64,000 nucleotides of DNA from Candidatus Dormiibacterota bacterium (lineage in GTDB: Bacteria > Chloroflexota > Dormibacteria > Aeolococcales > Aeolococcaceae): positions 129,887 through 193,886 of the forward strand of contig CAVQLW010000005.1 of NCBI GenBank assembly GCA_963713485.1, read 5' to 3'. Under the pieces are notes generated by a model. It ran no database searches, had not been told where the DNA came from, and was given only the letters and a program-made list of their open reading frames with translations. The translations under genes and the position numbers were made by a program. This document shows positions 27,363 to 37,784 of the stretch, piece by piece. The first letter of the stretch is position 1. Every line of letters begins with the position of its first letter.

Positions 27363-27646
27363 ATCTGCTCGCCCTCGCGCACCGACGCGAAATCGACGAG
27401 CCCGGTCTCCGGGTCGCGGAGGATCACCCCGAGCCCTTCGATCTCGCCGCCGAGGCGTTCGACCTCGAGCATCGGGGCGGAGGCGGTCACCGCGGCGGCC
27501 GCGGAGCCGTTGCTGGAGACCGTGTGACGCGCAGATGCGCCACCCAGCTCCATCGCCATCCGCTGCGCGTCGCGAAGCGCGGTGAGCAGCTCGGTGAGCT
27601 GCGGCAGCAGCGCCGTTGCCTCCTCGAGCGTGAAAACGCGCTCCAT
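27278..27646 (-). CDS. DUF2203-like protein
   Basis: MERVFTLEEATALLPQLTELL...GLVDFASVREGEQIYLCWRLGEERIGYFH fits the DUF2203 pattern. ATG 27646 was chosen as start. Confidence 0.6.
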   Translation of the reverse strand: MERVFTLEEATALLPQLTELLTALRDAQRMAMELGGASARHTVSSNGSAAAAVTASAPMLEVERLGGEIEGLGVILRDPETGLVDFASVREGEQIYLCWRLGEERIGYFHPRDTGFMGRQPL

Positions 27647-27686
27647 GACGCCAACGATGCCAGACGGACGCCGCCCGCGTCGAGGG

Positions 27687-28028
27687 TCAGTAGATGCCGA
27701 GCTCGAGCCGGGCTTCGTCGGAGGCCATCGTGCGGGGATCCCACGGTGGCGTCCACACCAGGTTGACGTGCACGTCGCGCACACCGGGCAGCGGCGCGCA
27801 GACCGCGTGCGCCTGCGTCTCGATGATCGGACCGAGGGGGCAGTACGGCGTGGTCAATGTCATGTCGATCGTCAGCAGCCCGTTGTCGTCGATGTTGGTG
27901 GCGTAGATCAACCCGAGCGACACGATGTCGATGCCGATCTCGGGGTCGTACACCTCACTGAGCGCGGCACGGATCAGCTCGTCGGAGGCGCGCGCCTCGG
28001 GCTGCGCAGCCGGTTCGGCAGTGCTCAT
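27687..28028 (-). CDS. sufT: Fe-S assembly protein SufT (DUF59)
   Basis: LSEVYDPEIGIDIVSLGLIY...TLTTPYCPLG. ATGA overlap with sufU. Confidence 0.8.
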   Translation of the reverse strand: MSTAEPAAQPEARASDELIRAALSEVYDPEIGIDIVSLGLIYATNIDDNGLLTIDMTLTTPYCPLGPIIETQAHAVCAPLPGVRDVHVNLVWTPPWDPRTMASDEARLELGIY

Positions 28029-28489
28029 TCGTGTTTCCTCGTCGCGTTGTCGCTGAGCCCTTCGATCAGTGCGTTCCACACCAGGGTTGCGCACTTGACC
28101 CGGACCGGATATGCGCGCACGCCGCGCAGCGCCTCGAGATCGCCGATGTCGGCAGCGTCCGCCGCCGCCGCCGCGTCGCCGGTGAGCATCGCGCGGAAGC
28201 GCTCCGCGAGCCTCGTCGCCTCCTCGACGCGCATCCCGGTCACCGCCTCGCACAACATGCTTGCGGAGGCCTGGCTGATCGAGCATCCGCGACCCGTGAA
28301 GCCGATGGCGACGACCCTCCCGTCGACGAGGCGGTAGCTCAGGTCGATCTCGTCGCCGCAGAGCGGGTTGTTCGCCTCGATGACCTTGTCCGCGGGGACC
28401 ACCGCCTCACGGTGACGGGGGTTGCGATAGTGGTCGAGGATGATCTCGCGGTAGAGGTCGTCGTCGACCGGCGTGTACCCGACTGCCAT
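28025..28489 (-). CDS. sufU: SufU/IscU-type Fe-S cluster assembly sulfur-transfer protein
   Basis: LDHYRNPRH, NPLCGDEIDL, GRGCSISQASASM, RVKCATLVW. Only the last 154 codons of the 665-aa track ORF are SufU. Confidence 0.85.
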   Translation of the reverse strand: MAVGYTPVDDDLYREIILDHYRNPRHREAVVPADKVIEANNPLCGDEIDLSYRLVDGRVVAIGFTGRGCSISQASASMLCEAVTGMRVEEATRLAERFRAMLTGDAAAAADAADIGDLEALRGVRAYPVRVKCATLVWNALIEGLSDNATRKHE

Positions 28490-28543
28490 GGGGACATCGT
28501 AGTCCAACGGTTCGAGAGCAAAACCTGGGAAGCCACCGTGAGA

Positions 28544-29782
28544 ATGGGCCGGATGGCTCGCTCCCTCGTCCGCAGGCGCGACGGGAAACGCCCGCCGGAC
28601 CCCGCGTTCTGGTTGCTGGTGGGTCAGCTGATCATGTTCACGGGCGTCGCCGCGGTGTTTCCGATCGCGCCGCTCTACGTCGCCAGCCGGGGTGGGAACT
28701 CCATCGCGGTCGCCGTGTTCATCGCCGGCCCGCTCGTCGCGAACACGCTCGTCCAGGTGCCCGCCGGTCGCCTCTGCGATCGATGGGGCCGCAAGCCGTT
28801 CCTCGTGGGGCCCCGGCTCGTGTACGCGTTCCTGTCGATCTTCCTGTTCTTCAACATCGGGACGCTGGCCGTGCTCACCGCGATCCGCATCGTGATGGGC
28901 GCGTGCGCTGGTGCCTACGTCCCGGCGCTGCGGGCCGCGCTGACCGACCTCAGTGCCCCTGAGCGGCGCGCGGAGCGCTTCTCCCAGCTCCAGGCCTATG
29001 AGATGGTCGGGCTCCTCGTGGGGCCGCTCATCGGAGGTGCCGCGGCGCTCTGGCAGGATTCCGCGGTGTTCGGCGTCACCGGAGCCGCGATGTTCATCGG
29101 TCTCGGGCCGATGCTTCGCGTGCCGGAAACCCGCGCCGCGCCGGCACCCACCACGGCGCGGAAGAACCGCTTCCGCTGGTGGCGGCTGCGCGGGATCGTC
29201 GTGCCCATCGCCGCGCTGTTCGCGGTCGGCACGATCTGGTCGATGTACGACGTGGTCTGGCCGCAGTACCTCGCCGCGCGCGGCAACAGCCCCCTGATCA
29301 TCGGCCTGTCGGTGAGCCTGTTCGCGCTGCCCATCCTCGTGCTCGCCCGTGCGGGTGGCCGGCTCGCCGATCGAGCCGACCGGCGCAGGCTCGTCACCAC
29401 CGGGATGCTGGTCGTCGCGGCGTGCGCAGCCACGTATCCGTTCCTGCGGATCCTCGCGGTGATCCTGACCGTCGGAGCGATCGAGGCGGTGGCGACCGTC
29501 ATCCTCGAACCGAGCCTCTTCGCCGTGATCGGCGACAGCACGCCCGAATCGCTGCGGGGGCGGGCGATGGGCATCGGCGGCCTCTACCAGTTCTCCGGGA
29601 TGGCGTTCGGCGCCGCGGTCCTCGGATCGCTCTACGGCGTCAACGTCGGGCTCCCCTTCTGGGTCGGCAGCGGCGTCCTCCTCTGCGGCGCGCTGGTCTG
29701 CGCCACGTGGCTTCCCCGGCGGCCGGTCGCCGTCGCTCGCGTCGTGCAGCCCGTCGCGTTCCCGGTGCTCGAACGTGAGTAG
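28544..29782 (+). CDS. MFS transporter
   Basis: About 12 hydrophobic helices with MFS motif A, GRLCDRWGRKP and a second copy GGRLADRADRRR. ATG 28544 was chosen as start. The upstream track sequence is antisense to sufU/sufT. Confidence 0.8.
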   Translation: MGRMARSLVRRRDGKRPPDPAFWLLVGQLIMFTGVAAVFPIAPLYVASRGGNSIAVAVFIAGPLVANTLVQVPAGRLCDRWGRKPFLVGPRLVYAFLSIFLFFNIGTLAVLTAIRIVMGACAGAYVPALRAALTDLSAPERRAERFSQLQAYEMVGLLVGPLIGGAAALWQDSAVFGVTGAAMFIGLGPMLRVPETRAAPAPTTARKNRFRWWRLRGIVVPIAALFAVGTIWSMYDVVWPQYLAARGNSPLIIGLSVSLFALPILVLARAGGRLADRADRRRLVTTGMLVVAACAATYPFLRILAVILTVGAIEAVATVILEPSLFAVIGDSTPESLRGRAMGIGGLYQFSGMAFGAAVLGSLYGVNVGLPFWVGSGVLLCGALVCATWLPRRPVAVARVVQPVAFPVLERE

Positions 29783-30332
29783 GGGAAGGCCGCCCACGGC
29801 CACCACGACCCCACGTGTGCTCCTGGGGCACGGCGCGTCAGGAACCGCCGCGTCGATGCGACCGTGGGTGGAGGCGCTGGCGGCGCACGGCGTCCGCGCC
29901 GCCGCGCTCGACCTGCCGAGGTCGAGCCCCGACCGCGCGGTGGGCGTGTTTCGCGACGCGCTGGCGGCGGAGCCCGGCGCGGCGCTCGGCGGCCACTCGT
30001 TCGGCGGCCGGATGGCGAGCATGCTCGCCGCCGAGCAGCATGTCGCCGCGCTGGTCCTGCTGAGCTACCCAGTCCACCGGCCCGGACATCCCGAGGAGTT
30101 GCGCACCGCGCACTGGCCCCGCATCGACTGCCCCGTGCTCCTGCTCTCGGGTGAGCGCGACCCCTTCGCGAAGATCGACTTGTTGCGGCGCGAGGTGCGC
30201 ACGCTCGCCGACGCCGAGCTGGTGACGTACCCGAGGCTCGGGCACGGCCTCCTCTCGGTCCGCGAGGACGCGGCGACGCGCATCGCGGAGTTCCTGCGGA
30301 TCAGGGCGGGCGACCGCGCGAAGCTCGTCTAG
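29775..30332 (+). CDS. alpha/beta-fold hydrolase (predicted esterase family)
   Basis: LLGHGASG, nucleophile elbow GGHSFGG, late CPVLLLSGERDPF and LGHGL. Overlaps the MFS gene by 8 nt and the convergent sufS by 4 nt. Confidence 0.7.
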   Translation: MSRGRPPTATTTPRVLLGHGASGTAASMRPWVEALAAHGVRAAALDLPRSSPDRAVGVFRDALAAEPGAALGGHSFGGRMASMLAAEQHVAALVLLSYPVHRPGHPEELRTAHWPRIDCPVLLLSGERDPFAKIDLLRREVRTLADAELVTYPRLGHGLLSVREDAATRIAEFLRIRAGDRAKLV

Positions 30333-31579
30333 AGCCGGAAGACCCGCCGAACCTCGCCCAACCCCGCACCGAGGGCGTCGATCTCCTCGTGCGTCGTGTA
30401 CAGGTACACCGAGGCGCGAGCCATCGACGGCACGTCGTACCGCGCCATGAGCGGCTGGGCGCAGTGGTGCCCGGCCCGCACCGCGATGCCGAGGCGGTCG
30501 AGGATGGTCCCGACGTCGTGGGCGTGCACGTCGGCGAGGTTGAAGCTCACCACCCCGCCTCGCGCCTCGAGATCGCGCGGCCCGAAGATGGTGATATCGC
30601 CAACTTCGTCCAGAACATCGAGCAGATGACGGGTCAGCGACATCTCGTGCGCGTGGATGCGATCGCGCCCGATCCCGTCGATGTAGTCACAGGCTGCCGC
30701 GAGGCCGACCGCGCCGGCGACGTCGGGCGTCCCCGCCTCGAACTTGTGGGGCACGGTGTTCCACGAGCTGTGCTCGAGCGTGACCCGGCTGATCATGCTG
30801 CCGCCGCCGAGGAAGGGCGGCATGCGCTCGAGGAGCTCGGGCCGCGCCCACAGCGCGCCGATCCCCATCGGACCGCACATCTTGTGCCCGCTGAACGCCA
30901 TGAAGTCGCAGTCGAGCTCGCGTGCCGAGACGCGCATGTGGGGGACCGACTGCGCGGCGTCGACGCACACGAGCACGCCCGCCGCGTGCGCGCGCTCGGC
31001 GATGGCGCGGATGTCGTTGACGGTGCCGAGCACGTTGGACTGATGACCGATCGCCACGAGGCGCGTCGGGGGCGCGAGGAGCTCGTCGAGGTTGGACAGG
31101 TCGAGCCGTCCCTCCGCGTCGATGTCGAGTGACGCGAGGTGGAGGCCCCGCCGTTCGGCCGCCAGCTGCCAGGGCACCAGGTTGCTGTGGTGCTCCATGA
31201 CCGTGACGACGATGCGGTCGCCGGGCTCGAGCAGCTGCGTCGCGTACGACGACGCGACGAGGTTGAGCGCCTCGGTGGTGTTGCGTACCAGCACGAGGCC
31301 CTTCGCCGGAGCGTCGATGAAGGCGGCGATGCGGATCCGCGCATGCTCGAAGGCGTCCGTGGCCTCGTTGCCGAGCGTGTGCACGCCGCGATGCACGTTG
31401 GCGTTGCTCGACGCGTAATAGGCGTCGACGGCTTCCACGACCTGCCGCGGCTTCTGGGATGTTGCGGCGGAGTCGAGGTACACGAGCGGGTGCGTGCCGA
31501 CCTCGCGCTCGAGGATCGGGAAATCGGCGCGGACACGCGCGACGTCGAGAGCGCTCTGCGTGGCGACGTGCGCGGTCAC
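30329..31579 (-). CDS. sufS: cysteine desulfurase SufS
   Basis: FSGHKMCGPMGIGAL (PLP Lys) and RAGHHCAQPL (catalytic Cys). 416 aa. Confidence 0.9.
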   Translation of the reverse strand: MTAHVATQSALDVARVRADFPILEREVGTHPLVYLDSAATSQKPRQVVEAVDAYYASSNANVHRGVHTLGNEATDAFEHARIRIAAFIDAPAKGLVLVRNTTEALNLVASSYATQLLEPGDRIVVTVMEHHSNLVPWQLAAERRGLHLASLDIDAEGRLDLSNLDELLAPPTRLVAIGHQSNVLGTVNDIRAIAERAHAAGVLVCVDAAQSVPHMRVSARELDCDFMAFSGHKMCGPMGIGALWARPELLERMPPFLGGGSMISRVTLEHSSWNTVPHKFEAGTPDVAGAVGLAAACDYIDGIGRDRIHAHEMSLTRHLLDVLDEVGDITIFGPRDLEARGGVVSFNLADVHAHDVGTILDRLGIAVRAGHHCAQPLMARYDVPSMARASVYLYTTHEEIDALGAGLGEVRRVFRL

Positions 31580-31917
31580 TGGGCAGCCACGCCGTCGGCG
31601 AGCGCGACCCGCACCATGCCGGTCTCCGTCGTCTCGACGCGATGCGCCCGCACCGGCTCGACGGCCGGCAGCGAGAGCGGTTCACCGGTGCGCAGGTCGA
31701 AGCTCGAGCCGTGGAGGGGGCACTCGATGGCGCAGCGGTCGAGGTCGAGATCGCCCTCGCTCAGCGACGCCTCGGCATGGCTGCAGGTGTCATCGAGCGC
31801 GTAGTACGTCCCCTCGACGTTGAAGATCGCGATCGGAACGTCGTCGATCTCGACGCGCGCGGCGCATCCCGGCGGGATGTCGCCGGTGTGCGCCACCTCG
31901 ACCCAGCCGTCGCTCAC
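31576..31917 (-). CDS. Rieske [2Fe-2S] ferredoxin-like protein
   Basis: CSHAEASL...CPLHGSSF gives the CxH...CxxH Rieske ligands. Overlaps sufD and sufS by 4 nt each. Confidence 0.8.
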   Translation of the reverse strand: MSDGWVEVAHTGDIPPGCAARVEIDDVPIAIFNVEGTYYALDDTCSHAEASLSEGDLDLDRCAIECPLHGSSFDLRTGEPLSLPAVEPVRAHRVETTETGMVRVALADGVAAQ

Positions 31918-33278
31918 GACGCCGCCTCGACCCCGGCCACGTACGAGCCGGCGATCTCCTCGTCGAGCAGCGTGCCGGCGAGCTCGGCGAAGCCGCGGTG
32001 CGGGACGCGGTCGAGGACGTCGTCCATGAATCCGCGCACGATGAGCGAGCTCGCCTCATCGGGCGGCACGCCGCGCGACATGAGGTAGAAGCGCTGATCG
32101 GCGTCGATGTGCCCGGCCGTCGCGCCATGTCCGCACTTGACGTCGTTCGCGCGGATCTCCAGCCGTGGGATCGAGTCCGCCTTGGCGCCCTGGCTGAGCA
32201 GGAGGTTGCGGTTGGCGACGTAGCCGTCCGCGTGCACCGCCGACGGGGCCACGTCGATGAGGCCCGCGTACACCGACCGCGCCTGGTCCCGCACCGCGAC
32301 CTTGAGCAGGAGGTTGCTGCGCGTCTCGGCGCCCGTGTGCGCCTGCAGGGACTGATGATCGATGTGCTGCGTGCCGTCGCCGAAGCAGATGCCATAGATG
32401 TCGGCCTCGCTGCCGACGCCGTCGAGCAGCACCTCCCACCACACCTTCTGCAGCCGCGCGCCGAGCGTGAGCCCGGTGAACCGCAGCTTCGCGTTGGCGT
32501 CGAGGCGTGCCCGCTGCAGCCCGATGTGCCAGACCCCTGAGCCCCACTGCTGGACGGTGCAGTAGTCGAGGTGCGCGTCGCGCCCGGCCGACAGGATCAC
32601 CATCGCATCGCTGAAGAGCGATTCGGCGCCCGCCGGCGACGCGTAGGCGTCGATGACCGTGAGCGAGGCGCCCTCGTCCAGCAGCACGACCGTGGTGGGG
32701 AAGACCGCCGCATCGGCGCCACTCGCCGCGTGCGCGATCCAGACCGGGACGAGCGCGTCGACACCCCGGGGGACGTACACGAACGCGCCGCCACGCCACA
32801 TCGCGTGCCAGAGCGCGGCGAATTTCGACTCGTCGGGGCGGACGTTCGCGAGCGCGCGTTCCACCAGCCCGGGATGGACCTTGGCCGCCTCCTCGAGGGT
32901 GGTGATGATGATCCCCTGCGCGAGCAGCGTGTCGGCCTGCTCGACGGTCCCCGTCACCGGCGCGTCGATCACCAGGGCCGCGTCGGGAGCTGCGCCGTCG
33001 CGCTGGGCCCGCATCGCGTCGAGCACCGAGGTGTCGATGTGCTCCATGGGTGCGAAGCGCTCCGGGTGCAGTCCCGAGATGTCGGTCCGCCGCCAGTCCT
33101 CGTCGCGATGCGACGAGGGCATCGGAAGCGCCTCGAAGGCGTCCCATGCGATCTGCCGGCGAGCCCCGAGCCACGGAGGCGACGTGGCTGCCCTCGCCGC
33201 CGCGACCTCTGGCCCCAGCGCCGCCGCGGGCGAGTCGGCCAGCGGTGTCGTCATGGCCGGTGATTCACCCGATCGCAC
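31914..33278 (-). CDS. sufD: Fe-S cluster assembly protein SufD
   Basis: Size and C-terminal beta-helix pattern: [42 protein letters not shown]. The start is either GTG 33278 or ATG 33254. Confidence 0.85.
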   Translation of the reverse strand: MRSGESPAMTTPLADSPAAALGPEVAAARAATSPPWLGARRQIAWDAFEALPMPSSHRDEDWRRTDISGLHPERFAPMEHIDTSVLDAMRAQRDGAAPDAALVIDAPVTGTVEQADTLLAQGIIITTLEEAAKVHPGLVERALANVRPDESKFAALWHAMWRGGAFVYVPRGVDALVPVWIAHAASGADAAVFPTTVVLLDEGASLTVIDAYASPAGAESLFSDAMVILSAGRDAHLDYCTVQQWGSGVWHIGLQRARLDANAKLRFTGLTLGARLQKVWWEVLLDGVGSEADIYGICFGDGTQHIDHQSLQAHTGAETRSNLLLKVAVRDQARSVYAGLIDVAPSAVHADGYVANRNLLLSQGAKADSIPRLEIRANDVKCGHGATAGHIDADQRFYLMSRGVPPDEASSLIVRGFMDDVLDRVPHRGFAELAGTLLDEEIAGSYVAGVEAAS

Positions 33279-34665
33279 CCTCCATGGAGAGCGCCAGCAG
33301 ACGGTTGAGCTCGACCGCGTACTCCATCGGCAGCTCCTTCACGAACGGCTCGAAGAAGCCGTTGACGATGAGCGCGGTCGCGTCCTGCTCGGTGATGCCG
33401 CGCGAGGTCAGGTAGAAGATCTGATCCTCGCCGACCTTGCTGACGCTCGCCTCGTGGCCGACGGTCACGTCCGGGTTCTCGATGTCCATGTACGGATACG
33501 TGTCGCTGCGCAACTCCTCGTCGAGGAGCAGCGCGTCGCAGCGCACGTTCACCTTGACGCCGTGCGCCTTCGGCAGCACCTTGATGTGGCCGCGATACGA
33601 GGTGCGCCCGCTGCCCTTGCTGATGGAGCGGGACACGATGTTGCTCGTGGTGTTCGGCGCGACGTGGATCGCCTTGCTCCCCGCGTCCTGGTGCTGGCCG
33701 CTGCCGGCGAAGGCCGCGCTCATGACCTCGGCGTGCGCGCGCTCGCCCATGAGGTAGACGGACGGGTACTTCATGGTCACCTTCGACCCGAGGTTGCCGT
33801 CGATCCACTCGACGGTCGCGTCCTCGTTGGCGATGGCGCGCTTGGTGACCAGGTTGTACACGTTGTCGGACCAGTTCTGGATGGTCGTGTAGCGGATCTT
33901 CGCGCCCTTGTGGGCGATCAGCTCGACGACCGCGCTGTGCAGCGAGTCGCTCGAGTAGTTGGGCGCGGTGCACCCCTCGATGTAGTGGACCGACGAACCC
34001 TCGTCCGCGATGATGAGCGTCCGCTCGAACTGGCCCATGTTGTCGCTGTTGATCCGGAAGTACGCCTGGAGCGGGATCTCCACGTGGACGCCCTTGGGCA
34101 CGTACACGAACGACCCGCCGGACCACACGGCGCTGTTGAGCGCGGCGAACTTGTTGTCGTTCGGTGGGATCACCGTCCCGAAGTACTTGCGGAAGAGCTC
34201 CTCGTGCTCGCGCAGCCCGGTGTCGCAGTCGCTGAAGAGCACGCCCTGCTTCTCGAGGTCCTCACGAATGCTGTGGTAGACGACCTCGGAGTCGTACTGG
34301 GCGCTCACCCCTGCGAGGAACTTGCGCTCCGCCTGGGGGATGCCGAGCCGGTCGAACGTCTGCTTGATGGAGTCGGGCACGTCATCCCACGAACGGCTCA
34401 TCTCCTCGACGGGCTTGACGTAGTAATAGATGTTCTCGAAGTCGAGGCCGGAGAGGTCGGCGCCCCAGTTGGGCATCGGCCGTTTGCGGAAGTGGTCGAG
34501 CGCCTTGAGGCGGAACTTCAGCATCCACTCGGGCTCGTTCTTGTGCTGCGAGATCGACGCCACCACCTCGGGCGAAAGACCCTTTGCGGTGCGGAACACC
34601 GAGACGTCGACGTCGGAGAACCCGTACTGGTAGTCCTTGGTCAGCTCGCGTGCCTGAATCGCCAT
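33265..34665 (-). CDS. sufB: Fe-S cluster assembly protein SufB
   Basis: 466 aa with YKYGF-like N-terminus (DYQYGFSD), [39 protein letters not shown]. Confidence 0.95.
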   Translation of the reverse strand: MAIQARELTKDYQYGFSDVDVSVFRTAKGLSPEVVASISQHKNEPEWMLKFRLKALDHFRKRPMPNWGADLSGLDFENIYYYVKPVEEMSRSWDDVPDSIKQTFDRLGIPQAERKFLAGVSAQYDSEVVYHSIREDLEKQGVLFSDCDTGLREHEELFRKYFGTVIPPNDNKFAALNSAVWSGGSFVYVPKGVHVEIPLQAYFRINSDNMGQFERTLIIADEGSSVHYIEGCTAPNYSSDSLHSAVVELIAHKGAKIRYTTIQNWSDNVYNLVTKRAIANEDATVEWIDGNLGSKVTMKYPSVYLMGERAHAEVMSAAFAGSGQHQDAGSKAIHVAPNTTSNIVSRSISKGSGRTSYRGHIKVLPKAHGVKVNVRCDALLLDEELRSDTYPYMDIENPDVTVGHEASVSKVGEDQIFYLTSRGITEQDATALIVNGFFEPFVKELPMEYAVELNRLLALSMEGAIG

Positions 34666-34676
34666 AGAGGATCCTC

Positions 34677-35438
34677 CTAGGCTGTGGCGGCGGCTGCGGC
34701 CACCCCGAGTAGTGGCTCGTATCCCTCGCGCTCGATCCTCTGTGCCAGGTCGGGTCCGCCCGAGGTCACGACGCGGCCTTCGCTGAGCACGTGCACCCGG
34801 TCCGGCCGCATGTACTCGAGGATTCGAGGGTAGTGGGTGATGACGAGCACGCCCATGTCCGGCCCGCAGAGCCGGTTGACGCCCTCGGCCACGGTCCGCA
34901 ACGCGTCGACGTCGAGGCCGGAATCCGTCTCGTCGAGGATGGCGAGGCGGGGACGGAGCATGGCCAGCTGCAGGATCTCGGCGCGCTTCTTCTCGCCGCC
35001 GGAGAACCCGTCGTTGATGTAGCGGGCGCGGAAGCTCTCGTCGATCTTCAGCTCCGCCATCTCCGCGTTGAGCCGGCTGATGAACTCGCGCGCCGGCATC
35101 TCCTTGCCCTGGGCGCGGAGCGCCGCGCGCAGGAAGTTGACGGTCGTGACGCCGGGGATCGCGGTGGGGTACTGGAAGCAGAGGAACAGGCCGAGGCGGG
35201 CACGCGCGTCCGCGGTGAGCGGGAGCAGGTCCTCGCCCGCGAAGTGCGCCGACCCGGCGGTGACCGTGTACTTCGGATGACCCATGAGCGTGTAGGCGAG
35301 CGTGCTCTTGCCCGAGCCGTTCGGCCCCATCAGCGCGTGCACCTCGCCCTGCTTGACCTCGAGGTCGACGCCCTTGAGGATCTCCTTGCCCTCGACGGAT
35401 GCGTGCAGGCCGGTGATCGAGAGGGTCGCCTGGCTCAC
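34677..35438 (-). CDS. sufC: Fe-S cluster assembly ATPase SufC
   Basis: Walker [11 protein letters not shown], signature [12 protein letters not shown], Walker [16 protein letters not shown] 35438 has GGAGG 8 nt upstream and overlaps the Rrf2 stop (GTGA). Confidence 0.9.
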   Translation of the reverse strand: MSQATLSITGLHASVEGKEILKGVDLEVKQGEVHALMGPNGSGKSTLAYTLMGHPKYTVTAGSAHFAGEDLLPLTADARARLGLFLCFQYPTAIPGVTTVNFLRAALRAQGKEMPAREFISRLNAEMAELKIDESFRARYINDGFSGGEKKRAEILQLAMLRPRLAILDETDSGLDVDALRTVAEGVNRLCGPDMGVLVITHYPRILEYMRPDRVHVLSEGRVVTSGGPDLAQRIEREGYEPLLGVAAAAATA

Positions 35439-35893
35439 CGTCCTGCCTCCGCAGGCACCGGCGCCATGGAGTCGATCAGGGACTGATCGGCCACCAGCTC
35501 GGCGAGCGTCGTCTGACTGAGCACCGCGTCGATGCTCCGCTTGAGGCGGAGCCAGAGCCCGCGCGAGGCGCACTCCCCCTCGCGCTGGCAGGAGCCGGTG
35601 ACATAGCCGTGCGCGACGCACTCGACGGGCGCCACCTCTCCCTCGATCACGGTGACCACGTCGAGGACGCTGACCTGGTCGGCCGGCCGTGCAAGCGAAT
35701 ACCCGCCGTGCACGCCGCGGGTGCTCTCGACGAGGCCGCCGCGGCGAAGCTGCGAGGCGAGCTGCTCGAGGTAGGCGAGGGGGAGGTGCTCGACCCGGGC
35801 GACCTCGGCGATGCTCATCGGGCCCGTGCCGTACGCCTTGGCGAACTCGGTCATCATCCGAAGCCCGTAGTGAGCCTTGGAGCTCACCCGCAT
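35435..35893 (-). CDS. Rrf2-family transcriptional regulator (IscR/SufR-like, three-Cys cluster motif)
   Basis: w[47 protein letters not shown]. Cys triad [17 protein letters not shown]. First gene of the suf operon. Confidence 0.8.
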   Translation of the reverse strand: MRVSSKAHYGLRMMTEFAKAYGTGPMSIAEVARVEHLPLAYLEQLASQLRRGGLVESTRGVHGGYSLARPADQVSVLDVVTVIEGEVAPVECVAHGYVTGSCQREGECASRGLWLRLKRSIDAVLSQTTLAELVADQSLIDSMAPVPAEAGR

Positions 35894-35967
35894 CGAGAAC
35901 GAGGCTGCGGCAGGCGCGTTGGGGTCCGCGGCGTGGCGGTGCGAGGCCGGGCGCCCTGAGCTCACTG

Positions 35968-35996
35968 GAATTCCGACTGTCATGGTCAGAATTATA
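35968..35996 (-). promoter_or_regulatory. candidate suf promoter -10 element overlapping an inverted repeat (putative Rrf2 operator)
   Basis: On the - strand TATAAT lies at 35996-35991. The inverted repeat GAATTCCGAC-N7-GTCAGAATTA spans 35968-35994 (8 of 10 arm positions complementary). It sits about 75-100 nt upstream of Rrf2 start 35893. Confidence 0.4.
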
Positions 35997-36057
35997 GCCG
36001 ACCGGGAGGGAGGGCGAGAGGTCCGCGGCCGCGGCTGAGATACTCTCGGCTGGCCCG

Positions 36058-36588
36058 ATGCCCCCCCATCTCCGGCGATCCCCCATCTCACGACCGGTGC
36101 GCGCATGTCTTGCGATCGGCGCCGGCCTGACCGCGAGCCTCGCCGCCTGCGGAGGGTCCAACAGCGTCACGTCACCGACGGCGACGCCGCTGACCCCCGC
36201 CCAGATTCAGTCGCGATACGCGGCGGCGGCGACGACCTACAACCGGACGATGAGCCAGGTCTCCCTGGCGGAGAACGCCGCGTGCGACGCGGCGAGCCCG
36301 AGCGTGTCGCTGAGCGCGTGCCAGTCGGCGCTGAGCGAGCAGCGGCAGGCGACGATCGCGTACGACAACGCGCTCCGGGCGACGGCCTTCAGCGGTGCGG
36401 CGACGACGGACGCCAGCCACCTGCTCGGCGACGACGCCGCGATCGAATCACTGCTCGAGCAGGCGGCCACCGCCCCGAACGTGACCCTGATCGCGACGCT
36501 GCAGGCGCAGATCGTCCCGCTGCTCGCCACCGCCGCGACGGACGCCGCAGCGCTTCGGACCGATATCGGGCTTCCCACCCCCTCCTGA
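36058..36588 (+). CDS. putative lipoprotein, Ala-rich
   Basis: Signal sequence with lipobox LAACGGS. No other motif recognised. Confidence 0.5.
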   Translation: MPPHLRRSPISRPVRACLAIGAGLTASLAACGGSNSVTSPTATPLTPAQIQSRYAAAATTYNRTMSQVSLAENAACDAASPSVSLSACQSALSEQRQATIAYDNALRATAFSGAATTDASHLLGDDAAIESLLEQAATAPNVTLIATLQAQIVPLLATAATDAAALRTDIGLPTPS

Positions 36589-36599
36589 GCAGCCCCGGG

Positions 36600-37784
36600 T
36601 CAGACGGCGGGTGCCGCTTGGCCCACCCCCAGGCGCTCGCGCACCTGCGCCACGGTCTGCGCGATCAGCTCGGCCGCGCGGTCCACGTCCTCGGTCGTGG
36701 TCGCCCGGCCGGTGGTGCAGCGCAGGGCCCCGGCGGCGACGTCGTCGGGGTAGCCCATGGCGCGCAGCACGTGCGACGGCAGCGGGGCCCCGCTCCCGCA
36801 CGCCGAGCCTGCCGAGGCCTCGACACCGGCCATGTCGAGCGCGGCAAGCAGGACGTCGCTGCGCGTGCCGCGGAACGCGAAGGTCGCGAACCCCGGTGCG
36901 CGCCGCGCCTCGGCAGCGGTCACCGTCGCGTCCGCAACCTGGGCGCTGACGGCGGCCGTGAGACGGCGGCAGAGCGCCTCCTGCCGCGGGGCCTCCGAGG
37001 GGCGGAGCTCGTCGGCCATCGCCGCGGCGGCGGCGAAGCCGACGATCCCCGCGACGTTCTCCGTGGCGCTCCGCCGGTTGCGCTCCTGCCCGCCGCCGGT
37101 GGCCTGCGCGGCGAGGAGGACGCCGTGACGCACCCAGAGCGCGCCGACCCCCTTGGGCCCGTAGAGCTTGTGGGACGAGAGCGACAGCAGATCGACCCCG
37201 AGCGCAGCGGGATGCACCGGGATCCGCCCGAGCGCCTGCACCGCGTCGGTGTGGACCAGCGTCGCCGGGTTGCGCCGACGCACGGCCTCGGCGATCGCGG
37301 CGACGTCCTGGATCGCGCCCGTCTCGTTATTGACGAGCATGACTGAAACAAGAACGGTCTCCGGTCCCACCGCCGCGGCCACCGCCTCGGGCTGGACGCG
37401 CCCTGCGGAGTCGCACCCGGCGACGGTGAGTGTCGCCGCGCCGGTCTCCTCGAGGCGCCGCCCGGTCTCGAGCACCGCCTCGTGCTCGATCGCACCGACC
37501 ACGAGGTGCCGTCCTCGCTCGGCGTGCCACCGTTCCAGCACACCACGGAGCGCGAGGTTGTCGGCCTCGGTGCCCGAACCGGTGAACACGATCTCGCGCT
37601 GGGCGCACTCGAGCACCGCGGCGAGCCGATCACGCGCCCCGTCGACGGCCGCCCGCGCGGCGCGACCGGACTCGTGCACCGATGAGGGATTGCCCTGCGT
37701 TGTGGTCAAGTACGGCAGCATCTCATCGAGTACCCGAGGCGCGACCGGCGTCGTCGCGGCGTGGTCGAGGTGGATGCGGGTCAC
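36600..37784 (-). CDS. cysteine desulfurase (NifS/IscS class)
   Basis: LDHAATTP, FTGSGTEADN, SSHKLYGPKGVGAL (PLP Lys), SAGSACGSG (Cys loop). Confidence 0.85.
   Translation of the reverse strand: MTRIHLDHAATTPVAPRVLDEMLPYLTTTQGNPSSVHESGRAARAAVDGARDRLAAVLECAQREIVFTGSGTEADNLALRGVLERWHAERGRHLVVGAIEHEAVLETGRRLEETGAATLTVAGCDSAGRVQPEAVAAAVGPETVLVSVMLVNNETGAIQDVAAIAEAVRRRNPATLVHTDAVQALGRIPVHPAALGVDLLSLSSHKLYGPKGVGALWVRHGVLLAAQATGGGQERNRRSATENVAGIVGFAAAAAMADELRPSEAPRQEALCRRLTAAVSAQVADATVTAAEARRAPGFATFAFRGTRSDVLLAALDMAGVEASAGSACGSGAPLPSHVLRAMGYPDDVAAGALRCTTGRATTTEDVDRAAELIAQTVAQVRERLGVGQAAPAV

Noticed and set aside
28490-30022. Upstream 511 codons of the 665-aa - strand ORF that ends in SufU.
   Set aside because: They are antisense to the MFS transporter and hydrolase genes and consist of Arg/Asp/Glu/Gly low-complexity sequence. 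SufU homology starts only at ATG 28489.
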